64,000 nt of DNA from Octopus sinensis (GCF_006345805.1 NC_043004.1:82956001-83020000); one strand, 5' to 3'; counted from the stretch's first letter, positions 40,197-54,679 are shown. Notes: generated from the letters alone by a model not told the origin. Translations and numbers: made by a program.

Positions 40197-40969
40197 TTTT
40201 CAAAAGTTTTTCAAAAATATAAAATCTATATAAATGTGTAGGAGAAATTTACCAAAACTGTGCAGAATCCGGTAGCAAATTCTTGTCCTCGTGATTTTGT
40301 GCATGAGTAGAATGGCGAAATTTTACTCTTTGGGGCAAATTTCGTTAAATTGATGTCTCGAAGGTTAGTGCGCAAAAATGCCTAAATTTTGCTTGAAAAA
40401 TAATATGTTCTTACCTAATCAAAATCTGAAACGCTGTGGAAATAATACAACGCATTGGAATAATAAGATTTAGCTAATCCAAACAATTCGCGTTGGAATG
40501 AAGATTTAGCAAATGCTAAATATATTACCGTTAATAAGCTATCTGTTCATACTCATGAAACATTTCCTCATATTTCGCCATTGTTCATCAAATTGATGTC
40601 ATGATGTCTAATAGGAAAAATACTGAAATTTTACGATGTTTGAAAAATTCATGCTGTTTAAAAATTGACTTTTTACAAAATTCTAAACGCGCACCCCGCC
40701 TCACGAGTCAGGTTTCATCAACGTCCGTTTGATAATCTGGAAGGAGTTAAAGTAACAACGTCACAAACACACCCACACTTGACATTTATTATTACAGATA
40801 TATATGTTTTTAAAAACTGAGACTGCAAAACCAAGGCAGTCTGAAATTTCTAGGAAATTTATGAAGACAATGGTAGTCTTACCGTTGTTTGAAGTATATA
40901 AATGATGTACCATCATGAGAGACGATATAAGAGCGTTAAATAGAAGGAAATGGTAGAGCTCAATAGAAT

Positions 40970-43440
40970 AAAATATTTTGGAAAGTGTAAGAATTAGAAA
41001 GTATAAGGAGAAATATAACAACACGTCTTTATCTTCGTTTTTAAAATTATTAATATATATATATATATATAATATATATATATATATGACTTTACTTCTG
41101 AGGGCATTAGACTTCGCCAAACAGTATGTCAACATCAATAAGTCGGAAATTGATATTAACATACATGGGAGGAAATCATTTCTTTTTTTTTTTTTTGAGG
41201 ATTCCACCTGGGTTAGGAAGAGTGAAGATTCTCTTTTCGATGTACCGATGGGGACATACGACGGGGCTGTGTGATGTATGTTCATAGGAGCCTATATTCT
41301 ACATAATCTAAACCTAGAATTCCCGTTTATAGATGCAGGTTTATATAGGGATGACGGCCTTGTAGCCACCCATAATTTAAACTGCCATGAATCAGATAAA
41401 CTTGGGAAGGACCTTATTGCTTTCTTCCAAATGATGGACATACGGTTTACGATAGATACTAACCTGAAATGTAGATTTTTTAGATGTAAATTTGGTTTTA
41501 AGTTTGGATAGATTTAAACCTTAACGTAAGCCTAATGATAAGCTATCGTATATTAGCAAAGAATCAAATCATACGCCAGTTATTCTTAGGAACTTAGTCA
41601 GCAATGTAGGTAGACGAATATCGTCAATTTATTCGGATGACGCAGCATTCCAAAATACTGCACCTTATTACGATAGCGCATTAAGGAATAGTGGATTTTC
41701 TGAGAAGATCCAGTATGACCAACTTAATGCTAGTAGTAATGTTACGCGTAGAACTAGGACCAGGAAAGTTTTGAGGTTCAACCCAGTTTTCAATTTGGCC
41801 TTAAAAACAAATATAGGTAGGGAATTCTTGAAATTAGTCTCTAGGCATTTTCAACAGGACCATGAATTTTATAGAATATTTAATAGAAGAACCCTTAAGA
41901 TCAGCTATTCTTGCTGCAGGAACTTCGCCTCTTACGTTAACCAACACAACTGTAAATTAATTGATAATAAGCATAGTACCGATCCTCTTAAAAAATGTAA
42001 TTGCAAAGATGGATCCTCCTATCCGTTGGAAGGGAAATGTTTGGAAAAAGGAGTCGTATATAGAGCCAAGATGCAAATAGAAGGCTCACCTGAATATAGG
42101 ACTTATACTGGGGCTTCTGAAAATTCATTTAAAACCCGATTTTATTCGCACAAAAATTCCTTTCGATACCCAGAAAATAAGACGAAATCCAGCTTGGCGA
42201 AATATGTCTGGGTATTAAAAGAAAAAGAAGCCCGACCTTTCAACGTGTCATGGAGTATTCTAGATAGAGCGGCACCATACAGGCACCGTGCGCATAGGAG
42301 GAATTTCAAGTGTGACCTTTGTTTGCTAGAGAAATATTATATCATATTCCAAGACATTAATTCTTTGAATCAAAGAAGCGAACTCTTGAACTCATGCAGA
42401 TATGCAACCAAATTCGAAATGTCGAATATCAATATCCTATATGGATAGCGTATATTTTGTTTTTTAATTTTTTGATTCTTGGACTAGTTTTTGATCACAC
42501 TGTTGGATTCGTTTCGTATTGTGAATGTTTTATTCAGCATCGCAAAGTTTTTTTATATATTTTTTATATATTTCGATATATTTCTTAAGAAAAAACCTTC
42601 GACTTAGTTTATTTCATTTTATTTTATTGTATAAACCCACTTTGGTCATGCAATTTATAGATAATCCAACATAGGGTGTTATATTTTGCATGTCTTTTAT
42701 CTCAAATTTTTATTAATATGCACTCAGCAATTTTTAAAAACTAATGTTGTCAGAACCTAGACGTGTTTTTATGTATATATTTGTATTGGGATGCATATGT
42801 ATTTCTAAGCATGCGTCTATGTACATTTCTAAGCATGCGTATTTCTAAGCATGCGTCTCTTACTCACGTTTTTAACTTTCTGTTGCTCATAAGATCGTTA
42901 CCTTTTCGTTTCTTCCCCCTCTCTGAGTTTAACTTCTAGTCTATATGTATACACCAAGTGATTTTTGCATGCGAGCAAGATTGCGTATGCATATGTGTAC
43001 ATGTATTTGTGTGCATATTTTCGTTTTGCATTTGTATGTCTGTATTTGCATGTGGTCTACGCACATCTATCTGTGTATTTTGATGTATACATGTATATTG
43101 ATGGTTTAGTATGAGTATATACTGTCGCGAAATATTTTAATATATTATAATTTCAATTTTTAAGTATTAATTGTATTAATCGAATTATATTTTCAACATA
43201 ATTAATGACGATATGTATTTGAATCAACTCTTCGATTTTTATAATGTTATATTGAACACATTTATTTTGTTTTGTTTATTTTGTTTATCGCTCGCATATG
43301 ACCGTTATTTGAAAGGACAAATGAAACAAATCCATTTTTAAAGGTGTATTGTTTATGCTAGTTTTGATCAAATTGTCATTTCGGTTCTATTTTAACAAAA
43401 CTGTCCGACGAACGGGAACGTGAAACACCAAGTAACAGGA
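40970..43440 (+). mobile_element. Penelope-like element, degenerate RT + GIY-YIG + long 3' terminal repeat
   Basis: RT motifs FDVPMGTYDG and LYRDDGL; SNH-type thumb; GVVYRAK...YTGASENSFKTRFYSH; frameshifts and a (TA)n insertion at about 41050. Confidence 0.85.
43401..43438 (+). ncRNA. minimal type I hammerhead ribozyme-like motif (U4C core variant)
   Basis: CTGT-CCGACGA-ACG GGAA CGT-GAAAC ACCAA GT A-ACAG at the end of the Penelope 3' repeat; same family as 18914-18960. Confidence 0.55.
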
Positions 43441-43490
43441 TTTGTTAACTTTCTGCTGCTTTTACGTAAAGTATATATACATATATATAC

Positions 43491-43540
<50 letters not shown>

Positions 43541-43543
43541 GTA

Positions 43544-43599
<56 letters not shown>

Positions 43600-43602
<3 letters not shown>

Positions 43603-43670
43603 TTACTTGGGAATGGATACGTCGCGTTCAGTTAAATGATAACACATATATAAGTATTATTCATTACATA

Positions 43671-43731
<61 letters not shown>

Positions 43732-44213
43732 CTGTGTGTGTATTATATATATATATACATATACACATGCATACATACAGACACACATACATACATACAT
43801 ACATACATATATACATACATACATACAGACAGACAGACATACATACGTACATACATATATAGAAAATCTTTTGAGGTGCTCCAAGGATTAGAACATAATC
43901 TTCTACATCTCTCTCAGCGGTGTTATATTGTGTCTAATCAACTGTTTCTTTCAGGTAATGAAACATTTAAAATCACCTTCTCGAGTCTCCCCGACACCTT
44001 GGGGTGGGTTTTCCAGATTCATGGCGTGTATATATCTCTTAAATAATCAGTCGAAAGTTGAAAGGTTTTGGTGAGCTGAGGAGACTTGAGATATGTTAAA
44101 GACGGTGCAATGTTCAAGAAAACTAGAAGCACATACAAACGCATCAGCTTAAAGTTTCAATCTCTTCCTTACTCTCGTTCTGCAACAATGCATATCTATA
44201 TGTATATGTATAT

Positions 44214-44245
<32 letters not shown>

Positions 44246-44330
44246 CAAACTTACTTAGGAATGGAGACGTCGGGTTCAGTTAAATGATAACACATATATA
44301 AGTATTATTCATTACATATGTATATATATA
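43600..44330. repeat. empty unit of the GRL tandem array (exon and proximal module deleted)
   Basis: Unit flanks are joined at GCGGTGTTAT/ATTGTGTCTAATC (43923-43926), sequences that lie 1450 bp apart in the intact neighbouring unit. Confidence 0.85.
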
Positions 44331-44441
44331 TGTGTGTGTCTGTGTGTCTGTGTGTTTGTGTGTGTATTATATATATATACATACATGCATACATACATAC
44401 ATACATACATACATACATACATACATACATACATACATACA

Positions 44442-44475
<34 letters not shown>

Positions 44476-44660
44476 GAAAATCTTTTGAGGTGCTCCAAAG
44501 ATTAGAACGTAATCTTCTACATCTCTCTTAGCGGTGTTATGAGTGACAGTAGGGTGAATCCAAGTCAGCAGATATGGAGATAATCATGATCATAAACAGA
44601 ATATTAACTCCTCGGTTTTGAATGATTTTCTTAGAATAAATATAGAAAAGTAATACTTAC

Positions 44661-45713
44661 ACGCGAATTAAGCACAAGTCCACTGTATATCAGATATAGA
44701 TAAAACAGTGCAGTCATTATTCCCGTAATAACCTGTAGTACGTAGCCTTTCTGGTAGACTAATTCATTCGCTATTTCATAAGATATAATACAGCAGATAA
44801 TGAGGAAGAGTAATACAATCAGGCCATTACAAAACTGAAATACCGAGTTCATGCCTTTCGTCAATAGGCTCAGTCTAGTATGTTGGTTAATTATTTCATT
44901 TAGTTGTTTATCGAGATTTATTCTTCTCCGAAATATTTGTTGTTTAGAATCTTGATCTTCCTCTATAGATTTTCTGAGCGTCTCTGATAAATACTTAAAT
45001 TCTTCTGTGAATATTGATGTCAATTCTGTGCATATTATCCCAAATGGCAAATAAAGCATAGTATTCCATATATTTCGCGAGAAATTCATTATTAACATAA
45101 ATACAAAATAACTATTCTGCCGTGATAATGGAAAAGCTAAGTCCTCCAAAAAATATTCCGGATCAGTTAAAATTAATGGTAAAATAATTTGGTATATAGC
45201 GGATATGAGAATATTAGTACATGCATTGCTCAAAATATTACATGCTCCAAATTTACGGTAAATTTTCTTTACTGTATTACTTTGGCATATCGGAATATAA
45301 GTTAGAATATCATCGATTAAAGCGTTGACGTGTGTTCGTTTCCAGGTAACGATAACTGTTATTATACCTGGAAACATCTTCATCACGAGCATAAAGCATT
45401 TTCCTAATATATATCCATTATACTTTGATGTATAACTTGCTATAAAAAACCATATAAAATGTAAAATATCAAACGCTGAAATTAAATAGATTAGAGGGAG
45501 GCATAAATACAGAATTCGTGTTTTCACCTCAGACTTTTTCCAAATTTCTAAACTCATTTTAGAAGGAATAGAACATACAATTGCAAGACGTCTGAGTTTC
45601 AAGAGGGAAGCCTTGCAAAGGCTCTCATTTATGGTTTTGAGAGAGCTGTCTTCCGTTCTTATGTTAACTGAATGTGTTTCTGATATTTTGTGGCTCGATT
45701 TAGATGCTTCCAT
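44661..45713 (-). CDS. GRL-like long exon (TM1-TM6), subfamily A, intact, 351 codons
   Basis: Open frame MEASKSSHKI to GLVLNSR, then GTAAGT (44661/44660); candidate acceptor TTTCGCTCCTTCTGCATTCAG at 45765, 51 nt before the ATG. Confidence 0.8.
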
Positions 45714-46264
45714 TACTGAATTTGTTGATGAAACTCAAAAGATTATGAGAATAATTGAATTTTCCTGAATGCAGAAGGAGCGAAATATATGTGTATTTTT
45801 ATTTAGTGTTTATCACTGGGTGTTTGTTTTTTCTAATGTTTTATGACCACTACTCTACTATATACATTAATACTAATAAGTGGATACGTAATATAACCAC
45901 ACCTTTATTGTAATTTTTATTAACTACTGTTTACTCTAAAGTAAACCTGAATGTGGGATGGATATTATCCGTAAGTAATTGCTTGCTTATATTGTGTCTA
46001 ATCAACTGTTACTGTTTCTTTCAGGTAATGAAACATTTAAAATGACCTTCTCGAGTCTCCCCGACACCTTGGGGTGTGTTTTCCAGATTCATGGCGAATA
46101 TATATCTCTTAAATAGTCAGTCGAAGGATGAAAGGTTTTGGTGAGCTGAGGAGACTTGAGAGATGTGAAAGACGGTGCAATGTTCAAGAAAACTTGAAGC
46201 ACATACAAACGCATCAGCTTAAAGTTTCAATCTCTTCCTTACTCTCGTTCTGCAATAATGCATA

Positions 46265-46308
<44 letters not shown>

Positions 46309-46427
46309 AACTTACTGGGGAATGGATACGTCGCGCTCAGTTAAATGATAACACATATATAAGTATTATTCAATACATATGTATATATATATGTGTGTGT
46401 GTGTGTGTGTATGTGTGTTTGTGTGTG

Positions 46428-46468
<41 letters not shown>

Positions 46469-46536
46469 CATGCATATATATACATGCATACATACATATA
46501 TGCATACATACATACATACATACATACATACATACA

Positions 46537-46570
<34 letters not shown>

Positions 46571-46755
46571 GAAAATCTTTTGAGGTGCTCCAATGATTAG
46601 AACATAATCTTCTACATCTCTCTCAGCGGTGTTTTGAGTGGCAATAGGGTGAATCCAAGTAAGTAGATATGGAGATAATCATGATCATAAACAGAAAATT
46701 AACTCCTCTGTTTTGAACGATTTTCTGAGAATAAGTACAGAAAAGTGATACTTAC

Positions 46756-46834
46756 ACGCGAATTAAGCACCAGTCCACTGTATATCAGACATAGATGATA
46801 CAGTGCAATCATTATTCCCGTAATAACCTGTAGT
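46756..46834 (-). pseudogene. GRL-like exon remnant, last 79 nt with intact donor; about 1 kb internal deletion
   Basis: [26 protein letters not shown] then GTAAGT; joined directly to upstream flank TGCAGAAGGAG. Confidence 0.85.
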
Positions 46835-47364
46835 TAGTTAACCTGTAGTTAAGTGCAGAAGGAGTTAAATATATGTGTATTTTTATTTAGTGTTTATCAC
46901 TGGGTGTTTGCTTTTTTCTAATGTTTTATGACCACTACTCTACTATATCCATTAATACTAATAAGTGGATACATAATATAACCACACCTTTATGGTAATT
47001 TTTATTAACTACTGTTTAATCTAAAGTAAACCTGAATGTGGGATGGATATTATCCGTAACTAAATTCTTGCTTATATTGTGTCTAATCAACTGTTACTTT
47101 CAGGTAATGAAACATTTAAAAAATCATCTTCTCGAGTCTCCCCGACACTTTGGGGTGGGTTTTCCAGATTCATGGCGTATATATATATATATCTCCTAAA
47201 TAGACGGGCGTTAGTAAGTCGAAGGATGAAAGGTTTTGGCGAGCTGAGGAGACTTGAGAGATGTGAAAGACGGTGCAATGTTCAAGAAAACTAGAAGCAC
47301 ATACAAACGCATCATCTTAAAGTTTCAATCTCCTCCTTACTCTCGTTCTGCAACAATGCATATC

Positions 47365-47449
<85 letters not shown>

Positions 47450-47514
47450 TTAGTTGGGAATGGATACGTCGCGTTCATTTAATGATAACACATATATAAG
47501 TATTATTCATTACG

Positions 47515-47569
<55 letters not shown>

Positions 47570-47852
47570 CTGTGTGTGTATTATACATATATATATATAT
47601 ATACATACATATATACATGCATACATACATACACATATATATACATACATACATACATACATATATAGAAAATCTTTTGAGGTGCTCCAAGGATTAGAAC
47701 ATAATCTTCTACATCTCTCTCAGCGGTGTTATGAGTGACAGTAGGGTGAATCCAAGTAAGCAGATATGGAGATAATCATGATCATAAACAGAAAATTAAC
47801 TCCTCGGTTTTGAACGATTTTCTTAGAATAAATATAGAAAAGTAATACTTAC

Positions 47853-48905
47853 ACGCGAATTAAGCACAAGTCCACTGTATATCAGATATAAACAATACAG
47901 TGCAGTCACTATTCCCGTAATAACCTGTAGTACGTAGCCTTTCTGGTAGACTAATTCATTCGCTATTTCATAAGATACAATACAGCAGATAATGAGGAAG
48001 ATTAATACAATCTGGCCATTACAAAACTGAAATACCGAGTTCATGCCTTTCGTCAATAGGCTCAGTCTAGTATGTTGGTTAATTATTTCATTTAGTTGTT
48101 TATCGAGATTTATTCTTCTCCGAAATATTTGTTGTTTAGAATCTTGATCTTCCTCTATAGATTTTCCGAGCGTCTCTGATAAATACTTAAATTCTTCTGT
48201 GAATATTGATGTCAATTCTGTGCCTAATATCCCAAATGGCAAAAAAAGCATAGTATTCCATATATTTCGCGAGAAATTCATTATTAACATAAATACAAAA
48301 TAACTATTCTGCCGTGATAATGGAAAAGCTAAGTCCTCCAAAAAATATTCCGGATCAGTTAAAATTAATGGTAAAATAATTTGGTATATAGCGGATATGA
48401 GAATATTAGTACATGCATTGCTCAAAATATTACATGCTCCAAATGTACGGTAAATTTTCTTTACTGTATTACTTTGGCATATCGGAATATAAGTTAGAAT
48501 ATCATCGATTAAAGCGTTGGCGTGTGTTCGTTTCCAGGTAACGATAACTGTTAATATACCTGGAAACATCTTCATCAGGAGCATAAAGCATTTTCCTAAT
48601 ATATATCCATTATACTTTGATGTATAACTTGCTATAAAAAACCATATAAAATGTAAAATATCAAACGCTGAAATTAAATAGATTAGAGGGAGGCATAAAT
48701 ACAGAATTCGTGTTTTCACCTCAGACTTTTTCCAAATTTCTAAACTCATTTTAGAAGGAATAGAACATACAATTGCAAGACGTCTGAGTTTCAAGAGGGA
48801 AGCCTTGCAAAGGCTCTCATTTATGGTTTTGAGAGAGCTGTCTTCCGTTCTTATGTTAACTGAATGTGTTTCTGATATTTTGGGGCTCGATTTAGATGCT
48901 TCCAT
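47853..48905 (-). CDS. GRL-like long exon (TM1-TM6), subfamily A, intact, 351 codons
   Basis: Open frame MEASKSSPKI to GLVLNSR, then GTAAGT (47853/47852). Confidence 0.8.
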
Positions 48906-49488
48906 TACTGTCTTTGTTGATGAAACTCAAAAGATTATGAGAATAATTGAATTTTCCTGAATGCAGAAGGAGCGAAATATATGTGTATTTTTATTTAGTG
49001 TTTATCACTGGCTGTTTGCTTTTTTCTAATGTTTTATGACCACTACTCTACTATATCCATTAATATTAATAAGTGGATACGTAATATAACCACACCTTTA
49101 TTGTAATTTTTATTAACTACTGTTTACTCTAAAGTAAACCTGAATGTGGGATGGATATTATCCGTAAGTAATTGCTTGCTTATATTGTGTCTAATCAACT
49201 GTTACTTTCAGGTAATGAAACATTTAAAAAATCATCTTCTCGAGTCTCCCCGACACTTTGGGGTGGGTTTTCCAGATTCATGGCGTATATATATATATAT
49301 CTCCTAAATAGACGGGCGTTAGTAAGTCGAAGGATGAAAGGTTTTGGCGAGCTGAGGAGACTTGAGAGATGTGAAAGACGGTGCAATGTTCAAGAAAACT
49401 AGAAGCACATACAAACGCATCATCTTAAAGTTTCAATCTCCTCCTTACTCTCGTTCTGCAACAATGCATATCTATATGTATATATATA

Positions 49489-49552
<64 letters not shown>

Positions 49553-49956
49553 CACTTAGTTGGGAATGGATACGTCGCGTTCATTTAATGATACACATAT
49601 ATAAGTATTATTCATTACGTATGTATATATATATATATATATATATATTGTGTGTGTGTGTGGTGTGTGTGTGTCTGTGTGTGTATTATACATATATATA
49701 ATATATACATACATATATACATGCATACATACATACACATATATATACATACATACATACATACATATATAGAAAATCTTTTGAGGTGCTCCAAGGATTA
49801 GAACATAATCTTCTACATCTCTCTCAGCGGTGTTATGAGTGACAGTAGGGTGAATCCAAGTAAGCAGATATGGAGATAATCATGATCATAAACAGAAAAT
49901 TAACTCCTCGGTTTTGAACGATTTTCTTAGAATAAATATAGAAAAGTAATACTTAC

Positions 49957-51007
49957 ACGCGAATTAAGCACAAGTCCACTGTATATCAGATATAAACAAT
50001 ACAGTGCAGTCACTATTCCCGTAATAACCTGTAGTACGTAGCCTTTCTGGTAGACTAATTCATTCGCTATTTCATAAGATACAATACAGCAGATAATGAG
50101 GAAGATTAATACAATCTGGCCATTACAAAACTGAAATACCGAGTTCATGCCTTTCGTCAATAGGCTCAGTCTAGTATGTTGGTTAATTATTTCATTTAGT
50201 TGTTTATCGAGATTTATTCTTCTCCGAAATATTTGTTGTTTAGAATCTTGATCTTCCTCTATAGATTTTCCGAGCGTCTCTGATAAATACTTAAATTCTT
50301 CTGTGAATATTGATGTCAATTCTGTGCCTAATATCCCAAATGGCAAAAAAAGCATAGTATTCCATATATTTCGCGAGAATTCATTATTAACATAAATACA
50401 AAATAACTATTCTGCCGTGATAATGGAAAAGCTAAGTCCTCCAAAAAATATTCCGGATCAGTTAAAATTAATGGTAAAATAATTTGGTATATAGCGGATA
50501 TGAGAATATTAGTACATGCATTGCTCAAAATATTACATGCTCCAAATGTACGGTAAATTTTCTTTACTGTATTACTTTGGCATATCGGAATATAAGTTAG
50601 AATATCATCGATTAAAGCGTTGGCGTGTGTTCGTTTCCAGGTAACGATAACTGTTAATATACCTGGAAACATCTTCATCAGAGCATAAAGCATTTTCCTA
50701 ATATATATCCATTATACTTTGATGTATAACTTGCTATAAAAAACCATATAAAATGTAAAATATCAAACGCTGAAATTAAATAGATTAGAGGGAGGCATAA
50801 ATACAGAATTCGTGTTTTCACCTCAGACTTTTTCCAAATTTCTAAACTCATTTTAGAAGGAATAGAACATACAATTGCAAGACGTCTGAGTTTCAAGAGG
50901 GAAGCCTTGCAAAGGCTCTCATTTATGGTTTTGAGAGAGCTGTCTTCCGTTCTTATGTTAACTGAATGTGTTTCTGATATTTTGGGGCTCGATTTAGATG
51001 CTTCCAT
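49957..51007 (-). pseudogene. GRL-like long exon, near-identical to 47853-48905, with two 1-bp deletions (possibly sequencing errors)
   Basis: Span 1051 nt; AAA to AA at about 50378 and GG to G at about 50681; donor intact at 49957/49956. Confidence 0.7.
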
Positions 51008-51574
51008 TACTGTCTTTGTTGATGAACTCAAAAGATTATGAGAATAATTGAATTTTCCTGAATGCAGAAGGAGCGAAATATATGTGTATTTTTATTTAGT
51101 GTTTATCACTGGCTGTTTGCTTTTTTCTAATGTTTTATGACCACTACTCTACTATATCCATTAATATTAATAAGTGGATACGTAATATAACCACACCTTT
51201 ATTGTAATTTTTATTAACTACTGTTTACTCTAAAGTAAACCTGAATGTGGGATGGATATTATCCGTAAGTAATTGCTTGCTTATATTGTGTCTAATCAAC
51301 TGTTACTTTCAGGTAATGAAACATTTAAAAAATCATCTTCTCGAGTCTCCCCGACACTTTGGGGTGGGTTTTCCAGATTCATGGCGTATATATATATATC
51401 TCCTAAATAGACGGGCGTTAGTAAGTCGAAGGATGAAAGGTTTTGGGGAGCTGAGGAGACTTGAGAGATGTGAAAGACGGTGCAATGTTCAAGAAAACTA
51501 GAAGCACATACAAACGCATCATCTTAAAGTTTCAATCTCTTCCTTACTCTCGTTCTGCAACAATGCATATCTAA

Positions 51575-51618
<44 letters not shown>

Positions 51619-51684
51619 TTAGTTGGGAATGGATACGTCGGGTTCAGTTAAATGATAACGCATATATAAGTATTATTCATTACG

Positions 51685-51736
<52 letters not shown>

Positions 51737-52031
51737 GTGTGTGTGTGTGTGTGTGTGTGTGTATTATACATATATATATATATATACATACATATATACA
51801 TGCATACATACATACACATATATATACATACATACATACATATATAGAAAATCTTTTGAGGTGCTCCAAGGATTAGAACATAATCTTCTACATCTCTCTC
51901 AGCGGTGTTATGAGTGACAATAGGGTGAATCCAAGTAAGCAGATATGGAGGTAATCATGATCATAAACAGAAAATTAACTCCTCGGTTTTGAACGATTTT
52001 CTTAGAATAAATATAGAAAAGTAATACTTAC

Positions 52032-53084
52032 ACGCGAATTAAGCACAAGTCCACTGTATATCAGATATAGATAATACAGTGCAGTCATTATTCCCGTAAT
52101 AACCTGTAGTACGTAGCCTTTCTGGTAGACTAATTCATTCGCTATTTCATAAGATATAATACAGCAGATAATGAGGAAGATTAATACAATCTGGCCATTA
52201 CAAAACTGAATTACCGAGTTCATGCCTTTCGTCAATAGGCTCAGTCTAGTATGTTGGTTAATTATTTCATTTAGTTTTTTATTGAGATTTATGCTTCTCC
52301 GAAATATTTCTCTTTTGGAATCTTGATCTTCCTCTATGGATTTTCTGAGCGTTTCCGATAAATACTTAAATTCTTCTGTGAATATTGATGTCAATTCTGT
52401 GCATAACATCTCAAATGGCAAATAAAGCATAATATTCCATATATTTCGCGAGAAATTCATTATTAACATAAATACAAAATAACTATTCTGCCGTGATAAT
52501 GGAAAAGCTAAGTTCTCCAAAAAATATTCCGGATCAGTTAAAATTAATGGTAAAATAATTTGGTATATAGCGGATATGAGAATATTAGTACATGCATTGC
52601 TCAAAATATTACATGCTCCAAATTTACGGTAAATCTTCTTTACCGTATTACTTTGGCATATCGGAATATAAGTTAGAATATCATCGATTAAAGCGTTGGC
52701 GTGTGTTCGTTTCCAGGTAACGATAACTGTTAATATACCTGGACACATCTTCATCACGAGCATGAAGCATTTTCCTAATATATATACATTATACTTTGAT
52801 GTATAACTTGCTACAATAAACCATATAAAATGTAAAATATCAAACGCTGAAATTAAATAGATTAGAGGGAGGCATAAATACAGAATTCGTGTTTTCACCT
52901 TAGACTTTTTCCAAATTTCTAAACTCATTTTAGAAGGAATCGAACATACAATTGCAAGACGTCTGAGTTTCAAGAGGGAAGCCTTGCAAAGGCTCTCATT
53001 TATGGTTTTGAGAGAGTTGTCTTCCGTTCTTATGTTAACTGAATGTGTATCTGATATTTTGGGGCTCGATTTAGATGCTTCCAT
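52032..53084 (-). CDS. GRL-like long exon (TM1-TM6), subfamily A, intact, 351 codons
   Basis: Open frame MEASKSSPKI to GLVLNSR, then GTAAGT (52032/52031). Confidence 0.8.
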
Positions 53085-53690
53085 TACTGTCTTTGTTGAT
53101 GAAACTCAAATGATTATGAGAATAATTGAATTTTCCTGAATGCAGAAGGAGCGAAATATATGTGTATTTTTATTTAGTGTTTATCACTGGGTGTTTGCTT
53201 TTTTCTAATGTTTTATGACCACTACTCTACTATATCCATTAATATTAATAAGTGGATACGTAATATAACCACACCTTTATTGTAATTTTTATTAACTACT
53301 GTTTACTCTAAAGTAAACCTGAATGTGGGATGGATATTATCCGTAAGTAATTGCTTGCTTATATTGTGTCTAATCAACTGTTTCTTTCAGGTAATGAAAC
53401 ATTTAAAATCACCTTTTCTAGTCTCCCCGACACTTTGGGGTGTGTTTTCCAGATTCATTGCGTATATATATCTCCTAAATAGTCAATCGAAGGATGAAAG
53501 GTTTTGGTGAGCTGAGGAGACTTGAGAGATGTGAAAGACGGTGCAATGTTCAAGAAAACTTGAAGCACATACAAACGCATCAGCTTAAAGTTTCAATCTC
53601 TTCCTTACTCTCGTTCTGCAATAATGCATATCTAAATGTATATATATATATATATAAACACACAAACACATATATGTACATATACATATA

Positions 53691-54207
<517 letters not shown>

Positions 54208-54274
54208 ATATATTGTATTTGATGTTCAATGTGTCCAATTTGTCTATAAACATAACTGCCTATATATACATACA

Positions 54275-54320
<46 letters not shown>

Positions 54321-54349
54321 TATTATTATTATTATTAGTAGTAGTAGTA

Positions 54350-54384
<35 letters not shown>

Positions 54385-54409
54385 TTTTTATTATTATTAT
54401 TATTATATT

Positions 54410-54640
54410 ACAAAAGAAAATGAAAATGGTGGATAAAAATTTTACGTACTGATGTTTTTAATTAAATACCTTTCGAAATCAAAATAGAAACTCCTACCTA
54501 CATCTGTTTCCTTACCCAATTCTTTCATTTCAGAAATAAAATCCCATATTCATAACCAGTGAATTGGATATATACTCCGGAAGGAATTCAAAAGCAAGTC
54601 ATTATCAACCTTTTAAAGGACTTTAGTTCCTTTAACAATT
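54410..54640 (-). promoter_or_regulatory. distal module A (G|GTAAGG donor at 54516/54515)
   Basis: Homologous to 28870-29085 and 39850-40045; the only distal module seen upstream of the 44.6-53.1 kb block. Confidence 0.55.
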
Positions 54641-54643
54641 ATA

Positions 54644-54675
<32 letters not shown>

Positions 54676-54679
<4 letters not shown>

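Noticed and set aside
44631-44660. Treating the ORF-track proteins (360-378 aa) as complete single-exon genes
   Set aside because: The tail after R/Q/S begins with an invariant GTAAGT, stop positions vary between copies and TM7 is absent, so the tail is most likely intron. Not formally excluded without transcripts.
48906-49956. Search for a private TM7 exon in the spacer between adjacent copies
   Set aside because: Minus-strand frames give only SINE-remnant, microsatellite or stop-rich sequence (for example MHRLSHLSS..., MEHLKRFS...); no hydrophobic helix or TY.....QF motif. I could not exhaustively exclude very small exons in the larger gaps.
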